Shown one piece after another: positions 1-12,148 of a DNA stretch of 64,000 nucleotides (within the stretch, counting starts at the first letter, position 1; the number at the start of each line of letters is the position of its first letter). This stretch comes from Histomonas meleagridis 2922-C6/04-290x. Its lineage: Eukaryota; Protista; Parabasalia. The DNA lies in contig JAANOX010000230.1 in NCBI GenBank assembly GCA_020184695.1, forward strand, positions 1 through 64,000, read 5' to 3'. Below the pieces are notes generated by a model, which saw only the letters and a list, made by a program, of their open reading frames with translations, made no database searches and was not told where the DNA came from. The translations under genes and the position numbers were made by a program.

Positions 1-2797
1 CCTAGTTGACAAAATGTCTTCTACATTTGGTCATTAAAACTAAAGAGATTTTTATTTAAAAATATATTAATTTTATCTCATAATTTTAAAATAGTTTTAA
101 AGTATCAATTTTTAGAAGAGTTTCTGGCTTAAGAGGCCTTCAGCCATTATCTCAGATGGCGTAGCTTTGGAACATTTAGTTTCCTAAAATTCCTTAACCA
201 GAGACCATAATCAACAGTTCCTCTCGTACTAAATCAAACTACTAACATGATACTTAATATAAATATCCAGTAGGATAAAACAAACCTGGCTCACGACGGT
301 CTAAACCCAGCTCACGATCCCTAATACGGGTGAACAATCCAACCCTTAGTGACTTATACATCACTAGGATAGGAAGAGCCGACATCGAAGAATCAAAAAG
401 CTGCGTTGATTTGATCTCTTAGCAGCCACAAGCCAGTTGTCCCGGAGGTAACTTGTCTGTCACCCCAAGTCTTACATACCTAAGACTAATTAGGGATCGT
501 TAGGCCTTACTTTCATAACTGATTCTAGTACAAAAAGACACAGTAAATTAAGCTTTTGGCCTTATCCTCAACGTAAGATTTCTGTCCTTACTGAGCTTAA
601 CTTAGGACACCTTCGCTGCTTTTTCGAAGGTGTGCCGCCCCAGCCAAACTTTCTATCTAATTCTATCCTTTTAATTAAAAAGTAAGTATAATTCCAGAAA
701 GGGTAGTGGTTTCTCATAATCCATTTATTAAATGTCCCACCTAGTCTGCACCCCTAACGAAACTATACAAAATTAGACCAAAGTGAAGCTCTACAGGGTC
801 TTCTTTCCCCGCTGGATAATTTGTGCCCGTTCCCACAACTGTTGGTTCGCTAAGTAATAATTTGGGACAGTGAGAACCTCATAGCTCCGTTCATGCAGGT
901 CACTAATTAAGTGACGAGGTATTTCGCTACTTTGATAAGAGTCATAGTTACCCCAGCTATTTACCGGCGCTTAATTGAATTTTTCCAAGTTAACAAACAC
1001 AGCACTGAGCAGGATTCATATTATGTTTAATACTTTTATTAGTAATTACATAATACTAAGTTTTTATTAAACAGTTGGGCTCTCCTTGTAACTATCGGTT
1101 CTGATTTCCATCAGAGCCAAGCTTTATCCCGAAGTTACAGCTCTAATTGGCCGAATTCCCTAAATTATTATAACTTAATGGCCAGAAGCTACTTACCTTG
1201 AAGACCTGATGCGGTTATCGGTACGAGTAAAAATTTTTCTATTTTAAATTATCTTTTCAAGGATTAATTAAATAGCCGTAACTTAAAACGAATTTTAAGT
1301 TTTACTAAATTATTTCAACTATTCTCCAATTGATTTGATTCTTAGGAAATAATTAAAGTTATATAGGAAAGAAATCCCTATTATTTACAGTATTTAATTA
1401 ATATTGATAATTTTTTAAATTTGTGTTACCACTATTTATTAAAAAAAATTTTTAGTTATGAAATATCATTCATATTCCCTTTCTTTCTTTATTGAAATTA
1501 GGTTCGACTAACTCTGGGTCTATTTAAGTTGCCCAGAAACCCTACTCCTCATCAGCCCCCAGGATTTTAACCTGGATAATCGCTACTTCAATTAGGATTT
1601 GTAATAAATAACTTTTAATTTAAATTTACATTTAAAAATTCTTAAAGTTATTCACATCCCCCTACTAAATAATTATTTAAAAATTATTTGTATAGTATCA
1701 GTAATTACTATATGCGCCATTCATTTTCGAGGCCAGAGTATTCGGCGGGGGAGTTTTAACACACTCATTAACGGATACCTGCTTTTAGGGGCACCGACCC
1801 GCTGTCTAAATACATGGACTCTCTTAATGGTTTCATTAATAGTAAATTTAGGCACTTTATCTATACGTTAGGTTCATCCCTTTTTCGCCATAACCGCTTA
1901 CCGGTAAGAGCCCACTTGTAATATATATTCAAAGATGATTAATTTCTTTAAGAAAAATTATTCATTTTAAGAAGGTTCGAAGTTTGGAAATAAGTTGCAG
2001 AACCGGAGTTCCACTACACCTCTACCCATTTCTCTACTCTCCTTAACTATTAATAAATATTACAGCTATCCTTAGGGAAAATTCGGAGGAAACCAGCTAT
2101 TAGGAGGTTCGATGAGTCTTTCGCACCTATACCCATATCAAGCAAATGATTTGCACATCAATAACGCAGACGATCTTCCATCAGAGTTTCCCCTGACTTC
2201 AATCTGTACAGGCATAGTTCACCTCCATTCGGGTTTTGACAATAATACTCTATAGCCATCTCCAAAAAAAAGAGCAGTTAATTTCTTTTCGCATTTAAAT
2301 TTTAATAATTAAATACTCGTATTATAGTCAAACTCCCTAATCCGTGTTTCAAGACGGGTGTATTAATGAAATACCTTACCCTAAACAAGTTCAGGCGCTA
2401 TTAACTCTCCGTTTAGGAGTTCTTTTCATCTTTCGTTCACACTACTTGTATACTATCGGTCTCTTTACAATATTTAGCTTTAGATAGGATGTACTACCTA
2501 TTTTAAGATAGCATTCTCAAGCTATCCGACTCTTTTATTTAAACCTATGCTTAATTAAAATAATGTTAACGAGGCTTAAACTCTTTATAGCCATGTATTT
2601 AATCAATAGTTTAATATTTTAATTAATAAGTTTAATAAATTACATTAATCTAAAAAAAAAGATTTTAAATTATCGAGCTTTACTCTCTTCGGTCGCACTT
2701 ACTAAGAGTATCCTAGTTAGTTTATTTTCCTCCGCTTATTGAGATGCTTCAGTTCAGCGGGTTTTCCTATATAATTTAGAACAATTTTATATAAGCT
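1..2797 (-). rRNA. 28S (LSU) rRNA, 3' end lies just beyond the window edge
   Basis: Reverse complement contains LSU hallmarks: ACCCGCTGAACTGAAGCATCTCAATAAGCGGAGGAAAA near 2730-2765, GTGAGCTGGGTTTAGACCGTCGTGAG near 290-315 and the sarcin-ricin loop AGTACGAGAGGAAC near 217-230. The 5' boundary is approximate. Confidence 0.97.
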
Positions 2798-2845
2798 TAA
2801 AATAGTTTCTCATTTTTTATTTAAAATGATTAATTAATTATTATT

Positions 2846-3004
2846 TGTTACTAAATTATATATGTATTTATTAATAAATTAATAAATACGCAATATGCAT
2901 TCAAAGATCGAACTTATCACAAATTGAGCTAATCTAGTCGCTTATCACATTATGCAATGTTCTTCTTCGTGTAAAGAGCCAAGACATCCGTTGTTTAAGG
3001 TTTT
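2846..3004 (-). rRNA. 5.8S rRNA
   Basis: Reverse complement reads AACCTTAAACAACGGATGTCTTGGCTC...GAAGAAGAAC...CGATCTTTGAATGCATATTGCG, a trichomonad-type 5.8S. Flanked by very short AT-rich ITS1 (~3005-3074) and ITS2 (~2798-2845). Ends approximate. Confidence 0.93.
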
Positions 3005-3074
3005 TAATGATTGAAAATTAATTTTGTATATTATTTTTTTATTTTTAAAATTATTGTTTAAATTTTATTTACTA

Positions 3075-3196
3075 AACTGATCCAACGGCAGGTTCACCTA
3101 CCGTTACCTTGTTACGACTTCTCCTTCCTCTAGATAACGTGATTTAATCACCTTCTTTTTTTATTAAAAAAAATCCAATGATTTCACCGAGTCATC

Positions 3197-3242
<46 letters not shown>

Positions 3243-4725
3243 TTCAACGTGCGTTGTTGACACACTTTTACAAGGGATTCCTGGTTCATGATAATGATTA
3301 CAATCATCAATCCCAACTACGTTAAAAATTATAAGAGTAGCTTTTTATTTTTATTTAAAAAATGATCTTTTCAAATTAGCTTTAAATTATTCTTATTGTT
3401 TTTAACATTGTAGCGCGCGTGCAGCCCAGAGCATCTAAAGGACATCACGGACCTGTTATTGCTATCCTCTTCCTCCTGCTTAGACGCAGGGAGTCCCAAT
3501 TAGAAATTAAAAATAATATTTAAAATATTATTAATTATTTAATTGGTAATAATCTCGCTCGTTATCTGAATCAACGCTAGACAGGTCAACCCACGCACCA
3601 CCAACGGCCATGCACCACCAAAAATTATATCCTGAAAGAACTTTATCCTGATCAGTCATTAAAAATATCTGGTTCTGGTAAGTTTCCCCGTGTTGATTCA
3701 AATTAAGCCACAAGCTCCACCCCTGGTGTGCCCTTCCGTCAATTCCTTCAAGTTTCAGCCTTGCGGTCGTAGTTCCCCCAGAGCCCATGAACTATTGATT
3801 TCTCTAATGGTCCTACTTCTAAAATAAAAAATAAGCCCTCGTCGGCATAGTTTAAGGTAGGAACTACCCGGGTCTCTGATCCGGTTGGATACTCCTACTC
3901 TCGCCCTTGATCGATAGAAGTCCACTTGATAGATGCTTTCGCCTTAGTTTCTCTCTCATGGGTCAAAACATTTCGCCGTTCGCCATGAAATAGATCTATC
4001 CCCGATGAATCTCTTTGATCTTATTTAACTTTACTGAAAGTTAAATAAAAATTTCATACTGCGCAAAATCATTCAAGTATATTTATCCTTACTTTAAGCG
4101 TCCTGATTTGTTCACAGTGAACGTAACCTTTTAAAGTTACTTAATATTAATTCAGACTACGAGCTTTTTAACTGCAACAATATGGGAGCAAACTTGCAGA
4201 GCTGGAATTACCGCAGCTGCTGGCACCAGACTGGCCCTCTGCTAGGTTCCAATATAATGGAAAATTATATTCCTATATAATTTTATTATTAAAAATAAAA
4301 ATTATAACTGGTCATTACCACCTCCGAGAATTTCGAGTGGGTAAGTTTCGCGCCTGCTGCTACCCGTGGATATAGTCGCTATCTCTCAGGCGCCTTCTCC
4401 GGCAGTACGACGGTAACCGCCCGTTACCCGTAATAGCTTAATTAGGAAAAGATCCTAAGTACTGGCCTGATAGGTCACTCATTCGATTGGATTTCCTTAA
4501 TAAAAAGGTAAAATTTATCATTGTATTTAATTTCCAATGAAATTTTAAAAACATGTATTAGCACAAGAATTACTTCTGCTATCCATTTATGATTTCTTTA
4601 AAAAATCTTTTCCAAGTAGATAATAAGTGTGTTAATGAGCTGTTCGCAGTTTAGTTACCTGAACTTACACTTGCATGGCTTAATCTATGACCATAGTGTG
4701 CTTCCTTGGCAGGATCAACCAAGTA
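3075..4725 (-). rRNA. 18S (SSU) rRNA, parabasalid type, ~1.65 kb
   Basis: Starts TACTTGGTTGATCCTGCCAAGGAAGCACAC (rc of 4696-4725), ends GGTGAACCTGCCGTTGGATCAGTT, and contains GTGCCAGCAGCTGCGGTAATTCC. Confidence 0.98.
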
Positions 4726-5987
4726 TAAATAATAAAAAATTGATAATTTAATAAATTTTTTTTTTTAATTTGTTACCACTGATTATAAATAAAAATAATT
4801 TTAATAAATTCTTTATTAATTAATATTATTTTTATTAACCTAAATTACTTTTAAAATTATAAAGCTTCTTTTATTATTTTTATAGAAAAAAAATAAAGAA
4901 TAATTAATATAGAGTTTCTCCTATTTAATTTTTATTTAATTATTTTAAGTTTATTTTTTTCCTGAATTTTTTTACTTGTTATCCTCATAAGGGGCAAAAC
5001 GACTTCATTTTCATAGGTAAAAATTTTAATAGACAATTACAGAAAAATATTTTTTAAATCGATGAAATTGTCAATTGACATAAGCAAAATGATATGCTTC
5101 AAACATCATCAATGTAACTTACGTCTCCTCAATTACAAGTAAGCCATATTGGGTTATTCTTTAATTTATTACAATATGTATCTTCGTCTGAGATATACAC
5201 TTGAAGATCCATCGAAATGATGACTGACAATAAATTATCATTTGAAGTCATAAAATGCGTCAACTCGGAATCCATATGAACTGTTTTGGCCATATTTCAA
5301 GAAATTAAATGAGAATGTAATACATTACATTCATTGATACGGAACAAGCAACTTTATCCCAAAAGATATTGATGCATTTAAACTTGATCCAAATCAACTA
5401 TTTTCGTTGCTTTCATTTGATAAGCAATTTCGATCATAGCTTATATTTTTAGTGCTGTTTTCGATGCGTGAAAGTGCAAGTTGATGAACTTCGTTGAATA
5501 ATTATTTACTAGGGTTTATCTTTATGACAGAACTGATTATAAATCATATGCTGAAATTTTGTTAGTTATGAACTGTTTTGTACCAATCTTGTTGCAGTGT
5601 CGGCATGTAACACTTTTTAAATCCAGTATAAAATTATTTATAAATGAAGAAAATAATAAAGTATAAATTTTTAAACTCATGGGTAAAGAAGTTAATTCCA
5701 CTCGACCTTTTATATGCATGTTAAATAATCGAAAACTAAGTTAACTTAATTATTTGATAGATATCATTCCAACGACATGTAATAACAAGTGAATTTTTAA
5801 TTTTTTCATTATATAAAAAAATTTAAGTCTTATGTAAGAATATTAAATTAATCCAAAAGAATCACCATAATCTATGAAATGGTGGCATTATCACTAAAGA
5901 ATTTCAATAAAAGACAATGAGATGATCGCTGCAAGCATTTTTAAAAAAAATTATATATATATATATATATGTATATACATATAACTT

Positions 5988-7343
5988 TTAATTAACAATG
6001 GAGTTATTCACTATTTTTGAGATAACAGGAGGGAAATATGCGTCATGATATTGTTCCTGATATAAATGTCTAATGTATAGCATCCACGAAAATGCCCAAA
6101 AAGCCTCTCCAACAATTGGTGGCTTATTTCCTGGATATCCAAATCTGAATGTTTTTGCAGCGTGTTTCAGTTCGTTTCTCATTTCTTGTATCTGTTCTTG
6201 TGTATAACTCTCTAGAATTTCCGGCATTTTCTCAATTTCCTTTTCTGGAATTCTTACAGAGAATTTCGAGTAATTCAAGTAAACGCCTTCGAACGGCGGC
6301 ATCATTGGATCCGAAATGAAAACAGGGATACAACCGAAATGGACCACGTCGAAAACTCTTTTGCTTGGCACAATTAGATCGCCTCTTGGACAGATACAAA
6401 AGTCCGAATCGAGATAATATTCTGGAAGAGATTTAACAGTTTTAATGACAGAAGATTTATATCTACGAAAAAGTAATACTTTACCACGCGTCATGTTCCT
6501 TATGAGAGAAGTCGCTTTTTGACGAATATTTTTACTTTGGGTATTCGTGACATTATATGTTTGTGCAATGAAGGCCGTGTATTTGCGTTTGCGCGTCCAA
6601 TCAATTTTTTCGGGCGGATAATTAGGAAAATATGATACAAATGGAACAGCTATGTTACGTTGGCCATGCCATGCGAGAGAAGAATTACCTGATTGTGGAT
6701 TGGGGCTAACAATGATAAAATTGTCATTAAAAACAGAGTGATGAAGAACACTATTGAAATAAAGTGTTTCGAACGATGTGGCGATAATATGATCTGAACC
6801 ATTCTTACGATCATACCATGGGCCAATAGAACGAACTTCTTCAATGAGTTGGCTGATATTACAGCCATCTTCATTTTTTTGGCAAGAGTAAGTATAGACT
6901 GGAATATAAAAAAAATCTGCTTCATCTGGGTTATTAGTAAGAATAGGAGATAACATTAATTCTCTGTGAAGTTCAATATCAACAAAAAATTGAAATTCTT
7001 TGCTGTCATAATTATAAACTAAATCACGAATGAATTCATTGTATGGTTGCCAGTGTTTTGATATGTTATAACAATAAATTTTGATTGGTGGGAAATAATT
7101 TCCAAAAAGTTCTATTTTTTGATTAGAATGTGGAAAATTTGGGACTTGATGAAGATTTTCATTATGTTGAGTTTGATTAAAAAACATAAATATAATTATA
7201 AACAATAATATGTAACCAATGGTGAGTTGTGTAGTTTGAACTAGGTTTTTCGGGTAGTGTTTCCGATTTTCCATGTTCGAGTTCTTCCAATCACTTTTAT
7301 AGAGACAAATTTCAAAGAAATTAACGTCTTTGGATATTGCCAC
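5988..7343 (-). CDS. Exostosin-family glycosyltransferase (GT47), type II membrane protein
   Basis: N-terminal TM segment plus GT47 motifs ADFFYIPVY, PWYDRKNGSDHI and SDFCICPRGD..SKRVFDVVHFGCIPVFISD. The ORF-track start is a GTG; the true ATG may be at MENRK. Confidence 0.85.
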   Translation of the reverse strand: MAISKDVNFFEICLYKSDWKNSNMENRKHYPKNLVQTTQLTIGYILLFIIIFMFFNQTQHNENLHQVPNFPHSNQKIELFGNYFPPIKIYCYNISKHWQPYNEFIRDLVYNYDSKEFQFFVDIELHRELMLSPILTNNPDEADFFYIPVYTYSCQKNEDGCNISQLIEEVRSIGPWYDRKNGSDHIIATSFETLYFNSVLHHSVFNDNFIIVSPNPQSGNSSLAWHGQRNIAVPFVSYFPNYPPEKIDWTRKRKYTAFIAQTYNVTNTQSKNIRQKATSLIRNMTRGKVLLFRRYKSSVIKTVKSLPEYYLDSDFCICPRGDLIVPSKRVFDVVHFGCIPVFISDPMMPPFEGVYLNYSKFSVRIPEKEIEKMPEILESYTQEQIQEMRNELKHAAKTFRFGYPGNKPPIVGEAFWAFSWMLYIRHLYQEQYHDAYFPPVISKIVNNSIVN

Positions 7344-7925
7344 CCGACAAAAACCGTGATTATTGATTATAACCGTTATATGTTTGCGTGGTTATTTGGT
7401 CAATGAAATGGTCGTGTGAAATGACTTAACGGTCGGAAATCTTCGGGATATTCAAAATGAGAAAAGGAAATCATTAAATAAATTTTTAATATATTAACAT
7501 TGTTATATTTAATTGGTCGTATTTTACTGGATTAATCTTAGGGTGACATTCTTATGTTAACATATAATTAACATATAATAATAACTTTATTATTAGAATA
7601 TTAGGGAATATGTTATAAAAAATAAAATAAAATAAAAACAATCGATATTTCTTGGGGCATGTATTCCAATATTTTCCGTTCAAGAAAAGATATAAAGGTA
7701 TATTTCAACATAAATAGTTTTTCGTGAATCAAAAAACTATTAAATTTGGGATCCCAAATTTTGGGATGATAAGCAGAAGGATGTTACAGTCAAATAAAGT
7801 TTAAATTTCAAAAATTTCCTGACAGTTTGCCAAAAATTCAATGTGTTATTTCAAACCTTGTATTAATGAGTCAAATGACATGCATTGAACGAATTGACTG
7901 ACAGCTTGACTTCATTATCATTATA

Positions 7926-9188
7926 ATGTTTGCTCTTCTCTTGATCAATACATTATCTTACATCGACGCAGTCGAAATTCCAGAAGGTCTTTCTAACGCT
8001 GATGCATGCTCAATCTGCAAGACAGTTGTTGGTGGAATTGCCGGATTCATCGGTGCTTCACCAGTTCAATCAGTCATCAAACAATTAGCTCTTGGTCTTT
8101 GCGGCAAATTCTCTGGCTCAGGCAACACACTTTGCAAGAACATTGTTAACAAGCTCCCAACAATTTTATCATACCTTTCCAAGGGTCTCTCAAAGGCTAA
8201 CGTTTGCAGCAGAATCAATGTTTGCAAGTCCAATGACGAAGAAGACGACGACGAAATCGAATACATCGAAATTCCAGAAGGTCTTGAAAACGGAATTGCC
8301 TGCTCCATCTGCAAGCACCTTGTTAATGCAGTTGCCAAGGTTCTTTCCAGCTCATCCGTCCAATCCAAGGCTACAGAAGCCGCACAAAAGCTTTGCCAAA
8401 AATTACCAAAGATCGGTCGTAACTTCTGCGACAAACTTGTCTCCAAGTATCTCAGCAAGATCATGACATGGCTCGGTCAAAAGGTTGGTGCTTCCACAAT
8501 CTGCAACAAACTCAAGTCATGCAGCGGCAACGATGTTGACAGCGATGATGCATATCTCGAACTTTACCTCGAAATGGACGATGATGACTATGTTACCGAA
8601 ATCGAACTTCCATTAGGTCTTTCCAACGCCGACAACTGCGCCATCTGCAAGAAGGCTGTTGGCTTCGTCTCAGCTGCCATGGGTAACAGCATTGTTCAAG
8701 CCGTCGTTAAGGCTGCTGCTACAGCTGCATGCGGTTTAATCAGCGGTGGTGTTGGTGCTGCTCTCTGCAAGACAATCGTCAAGGTTTCCGTCGGCCCAAT
8801 CATGAGCTGGCTCAGCCAAAAGCTTTCACAATCCAAGATCTGCTCCAAGCTCGGCTACTGCAAGGGTAACGACATCGAAGAACTCGACTTCGAAGTTGAA
8901 GAAGAAGACGATGACGAAATCATCTTCATCCCAATCCCAGAAGGTCTCGACAACGGTGTTGCATGCGATGTTTGCAAGACAGTCGTTGGCGGCATCGTCA
9001 CAATCTTAAAGGACACATCCATCACATCACAAGTCGCTGCACAAGCCGCTAAGCTCTGCAACAAGGTTCCAGCCGCTGCACAAGGCATCTGCTCAACAAT
9101 CGTCAACAACTACCTTCCAAAGGTTATCAGCTGGCTCGCAAGCGGTCTCTCCAAGCTTAACGTTTGCGGCAAGTTAAACCTTTGCTAA
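7926..9188 (+). CDS. Secreted saposin-like protein (SAPLIP) precursor with 4 saposin-B domains
   Basis: Signal peptide and four 6-Cys saposin patterns (CxxCK...C...C...C.....C) separated by acidic linkers. Strong C-ending codon bias suggests high expression. Inr-like TCATT just upstream of the ATG. Confidence 0.9.
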   Translation: MFALLLINTLSYIDAVEIPEGLSNADACSICKTVVGGIAGFIGASPVQSVIKQLALGLCGKFSGSGNTLCKNIVNKLPTILSYLSKGLSKANVCSRINVCKSNDEEDDDEIEYIEIPEGLENGIACSICKHLVNAVAKVLSSSSVQSKATEAAQKLCQKLPKIGRNFCDKLVSKYLSKIMTWLGQKVGASTICNKLKSCSGNDVDSDDAYLELYLEMDDDDYVTEIELPLGLSNADNCAICKKAVGFVSAAMGNSIVQAVVKAAATAACGLISGGVGAALCKTIVKVSVGPIMSWLSQKLSQSKICSKLGYCKGNDIEELDFEVEEEDDDEIIFIPIPEGLDNGVACDVCKTVVGGIVTILKDTSITSQVAAQAAKLCNKVPAAAQGICSTIVNNYLPKVISWLASGLSKLNVCGKLNLC

Positions 9189-9357
9189 GTGAATAAAAGG
9201 GTTCTCTTTTTCTGAAATCAATTTTCTTATATCAATGGTATTTATGTGAAATAAGAAAATTCGAAACAGGTCATATTAATTGTGTAAGTGGTAAATTACA
9301 TCATACTAATGGTATTCCAACATTTATATGTAATCTTTTAAGTCTTGCTGAAATGTA

Positions 9358-9441
9358 CTATCATCTTCAAGAGGAAATAAAATAATTGTTAAATTCCTTA
9401 TTGAACAAAAAGGAATCGAGGCAAATGAAAAAGATATTTAT
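9358..9441 (+). pseudogene. Orphan ankyrin module of the DUF3447-ankyrin family
   Basis: Translates LSSSRGNKIIVKFLIEQKGIEANEKDIY, matching the modules at 24.8-26.8 kb, with no attached gene. Confidence 0.6.
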
Positions 9442-10288
9442 TTTTCTTGTTTAATATTTGTATACATTTATTAACAAATACATATACACAATCGAGTACA
9501 TTCACTAAATCAAATACATTTACAGACACACTTCAAAGTGATTTAACTTTATCTTTTTATTATGCATTAACTATTTCATTATCATTTACGCAATCATTTG
9601 CATTTTTTATTTGTGATTTCGTAATTCTTTTGTAATCAATGGATGCTACAAAATGCGCATGCAAAAAAGATATAAAAAGATCGGATTCTGATAATACTTT
9701 TATTTCACCATCTCTGCTCTCATTATTTATTATTATGGTTTACAGATCATTTACCGAAAGGAACCTCACGGGCATACGTTACAAACTGTTTTAATAATTG
9801 TGTACAATCCTCGAACCAAGGTTAATAATGTTACCAAATCAATGTTTTAAATTCATTTAATGGTTGTCCAGAGCATAATTAAAGCAACACCTGGACTAAG
9901 TTGAATAATATGTTTTGTTAATAACCGTGATTCATACTTCGCTAATCTAATTAAAGCAGCAGAGGATTGAACTATGAAATATATGGGGAAAAGAATATGC
10001 AACTTTGTGGTACTCATCAAGCTAATATTCATGATTATTAAAATGCTGAAGACTGATGAATTTACACGTTTTGCTCTATACACTTCACATCATTAAAGCG
10101 CACGTTGCAAAAAGATGTGAAATTTCCTTCTTCTGAAGCTGATAATGGCATAAGAATAATAAAAACAAATCATTTGCCACTTCAGAAAGCGAAAACGAAT
10201 CATAAATAATTCCATTTATTTATAATGACAACGTCAGTGGAATTTTGCATGTTAAAAACAAGAGGACTTTTGTGTGAATAATTTGTGT

Positions 10289-11193
10289 TTAGTTTTGGAA
10301 AATTATTTGAAGGTTTGGCGGCACTGTCTTCTTATCGAACACTATGACGTCTTTCTTCTGGAACTCTGGCTGCTCACCCATCCACTGCAGTGCCGAGTTC
10401 AAGCATTCCTGGATTGGCCCCTCGTGCACCTCTACGTTTGACACGTACAAATATATGTTGTTATCACTTGTATCGATAACAGAAGCGCCTTCGTCTGGTA
10501 ATATGTCCAAAGTTGGCTTCTTTACGTGTACTTCTTCTATACCTTTACCCACTTCGAAGTTAAATATATGTAACATTGTTGCGAAGAATTGTAATTCGAA
10601 GAAGAATTGATCACCGGCCTTTTCTGCGTCTTGCATCATTATGATATTACCACCAATTGCATGTATCATATCTTTAAACTCCTCTGATTCTAATGATCTA
10701 TCGACTCTATATACAGTTGGGTTATTCGCTTTCTCGACAATCAAATTAAGTAATTTCTCACCTAACGGTACTAAGTTATTAGGTGCTTTAGGTCCGATGA
10801 ATAAATATATAGTATTATCTCTATTATGTGTACGGTCATATATGAAGACACCTCCAGTAGACAAATTGGAAGATTTAGGTGGTACATAATATGCTATTGG
10901 CCGATTCTTACCACGTACATCGATTAATCGATCAGTATATACAAAGTTAACTGCTCGTAAATTAGATGTAACTGCTAAAGCACGTGTGATGTTACGTACA
11001 TTTAAGTTCCATTCATGTTTCTCTTTAACTTCTTTGGAAGCATTCTCTTCAATTTCACTCTCCTTATATTCATTAAAGACAAATCCGCGTGCTGCTAAGA
11101 TTTTGTATTCTTCTTCCTTACGTTTAAGTTCTTCTTCTCCACGTCGAAGACGTTCGGCTTCATTACGTAATCGCTCTTCTTCTTAACCTCCAT
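10289..11193 (-). CDS. Gelsolin/villin-like actin-binding protein, with an apparent 1-nt frameshift near the start
   Basis: The frame of ORF 10289..10864 stays open upstream to ~11183 (EEERLRNEAERLRR...). An ATG at 11193 joins it if one A is restored in GTTAAG. Gelsolin-like segments GGVFIYD...IYLFIG and ASVIDTSDNNIYLYV. Confidence 0.6.
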
Positions 11194-11647
11194 TTTTGGT
11201 ACTTTTCATAAATTATTCAAATTTTTTTTGCTAAACGATAATGTTTTTTGCTGGGCAAATTTAATATTTTCCTTCATTAAAATGATATCTATATTTCGAT
11301 CAGAGTTATTATAATTATATACTGGTCAAACTTCGCAAAATAAAAAATTTTGTAATCGAAAAATTTTTTCGTTTTGCATTATGTGATGATTTTAAGATGA
11401 CAAATGATGAAAACCATGTAAATTTGTAAGATAATTCTTCCTAAAACAAAGACATGGTTAATCATATAAAAATAAACTAGTTTTGAAAAATATTTGACTT
11501 ATTCTCTATTAAAAAGTCTGACTTCTATATAGAAAAATTCAGAAGTAGGTTATTTTTTATTGGAATTTGAATAAATAATTTTTTCAAATTTTCAAAAGAT
11601 TTTTCCGGTTACATAGTGAAATGATAAATTTTTTTTTTAATTAAATT

Positions 11648-12148
11648 CTAATTCTCTGGGTCTTCTTTATAGTAATTTGTATCTTTATTACTTTCATCAC
11701 TGACTTTGTTGGAATTTTTATTTCCTTTTTCACCTCCATAAAAGTCTGATGATGAAAGTTCAAAAGATGGTGCACAACCTTTTTGGAGTAATGGAGCTGA
11801 AGTTCCTTTAGCAAAGAAAAATGAGATAACATAAAGAGCAAACAAACACCAAAATATTACTGCAACAACGATTGGGAATGCATTTTTTGAAAATATCAAA
11901 AATCCCATAAATAAGAACATGATCCCTTTGCCCCAGAAAGTCAACATGAAAGCTAAATACTTGTAAAAATCGAAGATATGAATTTCGACCAGAATAAGTA
12001 TCAAACAGAATACAATTGCAAATAAATTAAGAATGAATCCACCAACAGAGAAATGTGCAAAAATAGAATAGATGGCACATATAATCCCTAAAACTGAGGC
12101 TACTATGGATATAATTTGTATAATAAAAGGTAAATTGCATGAAACCAT
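11648..12148 (-). CDS. COPI-associated / Tvp15-like Golgi membrane protein
   Basis: Three to four hydrophobic helices and the motif YLAFMLTFWGKGIMFLFMG typical of this family. Confidence 0.65.
   Translation of the reverse strand: MVSCNLPFIIQIISIVASVLGIICAIYSIFAHFSVGGFILNLFAIVFCLILILVEIHIFDFYKYLAFMLTFWGKGIMFLFMGFLIFSKNAFPIVVAVIFWCLFALYVISFFFAKGTSAPLLQKGCAPSFELSSSDFYGGEKGNKNSNKVSDESNKDTNYYKEDPEN

Noticed and set aside
3531-3788. 85-aa ORF in the track
   Set aside because: It lies inside the 18S rRNA gene and is a chance frame.
7741-7760. 20-bp perfect palindrome AAATTTGGGATCCCAAATTT upstream of the saposin gene
   Set aside because: It is an isolated occurrence with no partner, TSD or known motif, and function cannot be supported.
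8066-9109. Antisense and alternative-frame ORFs over the saposin gene, and similar short shadow ORFs throughout
   Set aside because: They are explained by codon bias of the real genes on the other strand or frame and show no family features.
11183-11209. Stop-codon reassignment (in-frame TAA after ATG 11209 in the gelsolin-like gene; TGA replacing TGG in spacers)
   Set aside because: Conserved genes end at the expected place with TAA (RPS29, ARPC5), TGA (CFAP20) and TAG (bromodomain). A single missing A explains the gelsolin case, and spacers contain all three stops and frameshifts.
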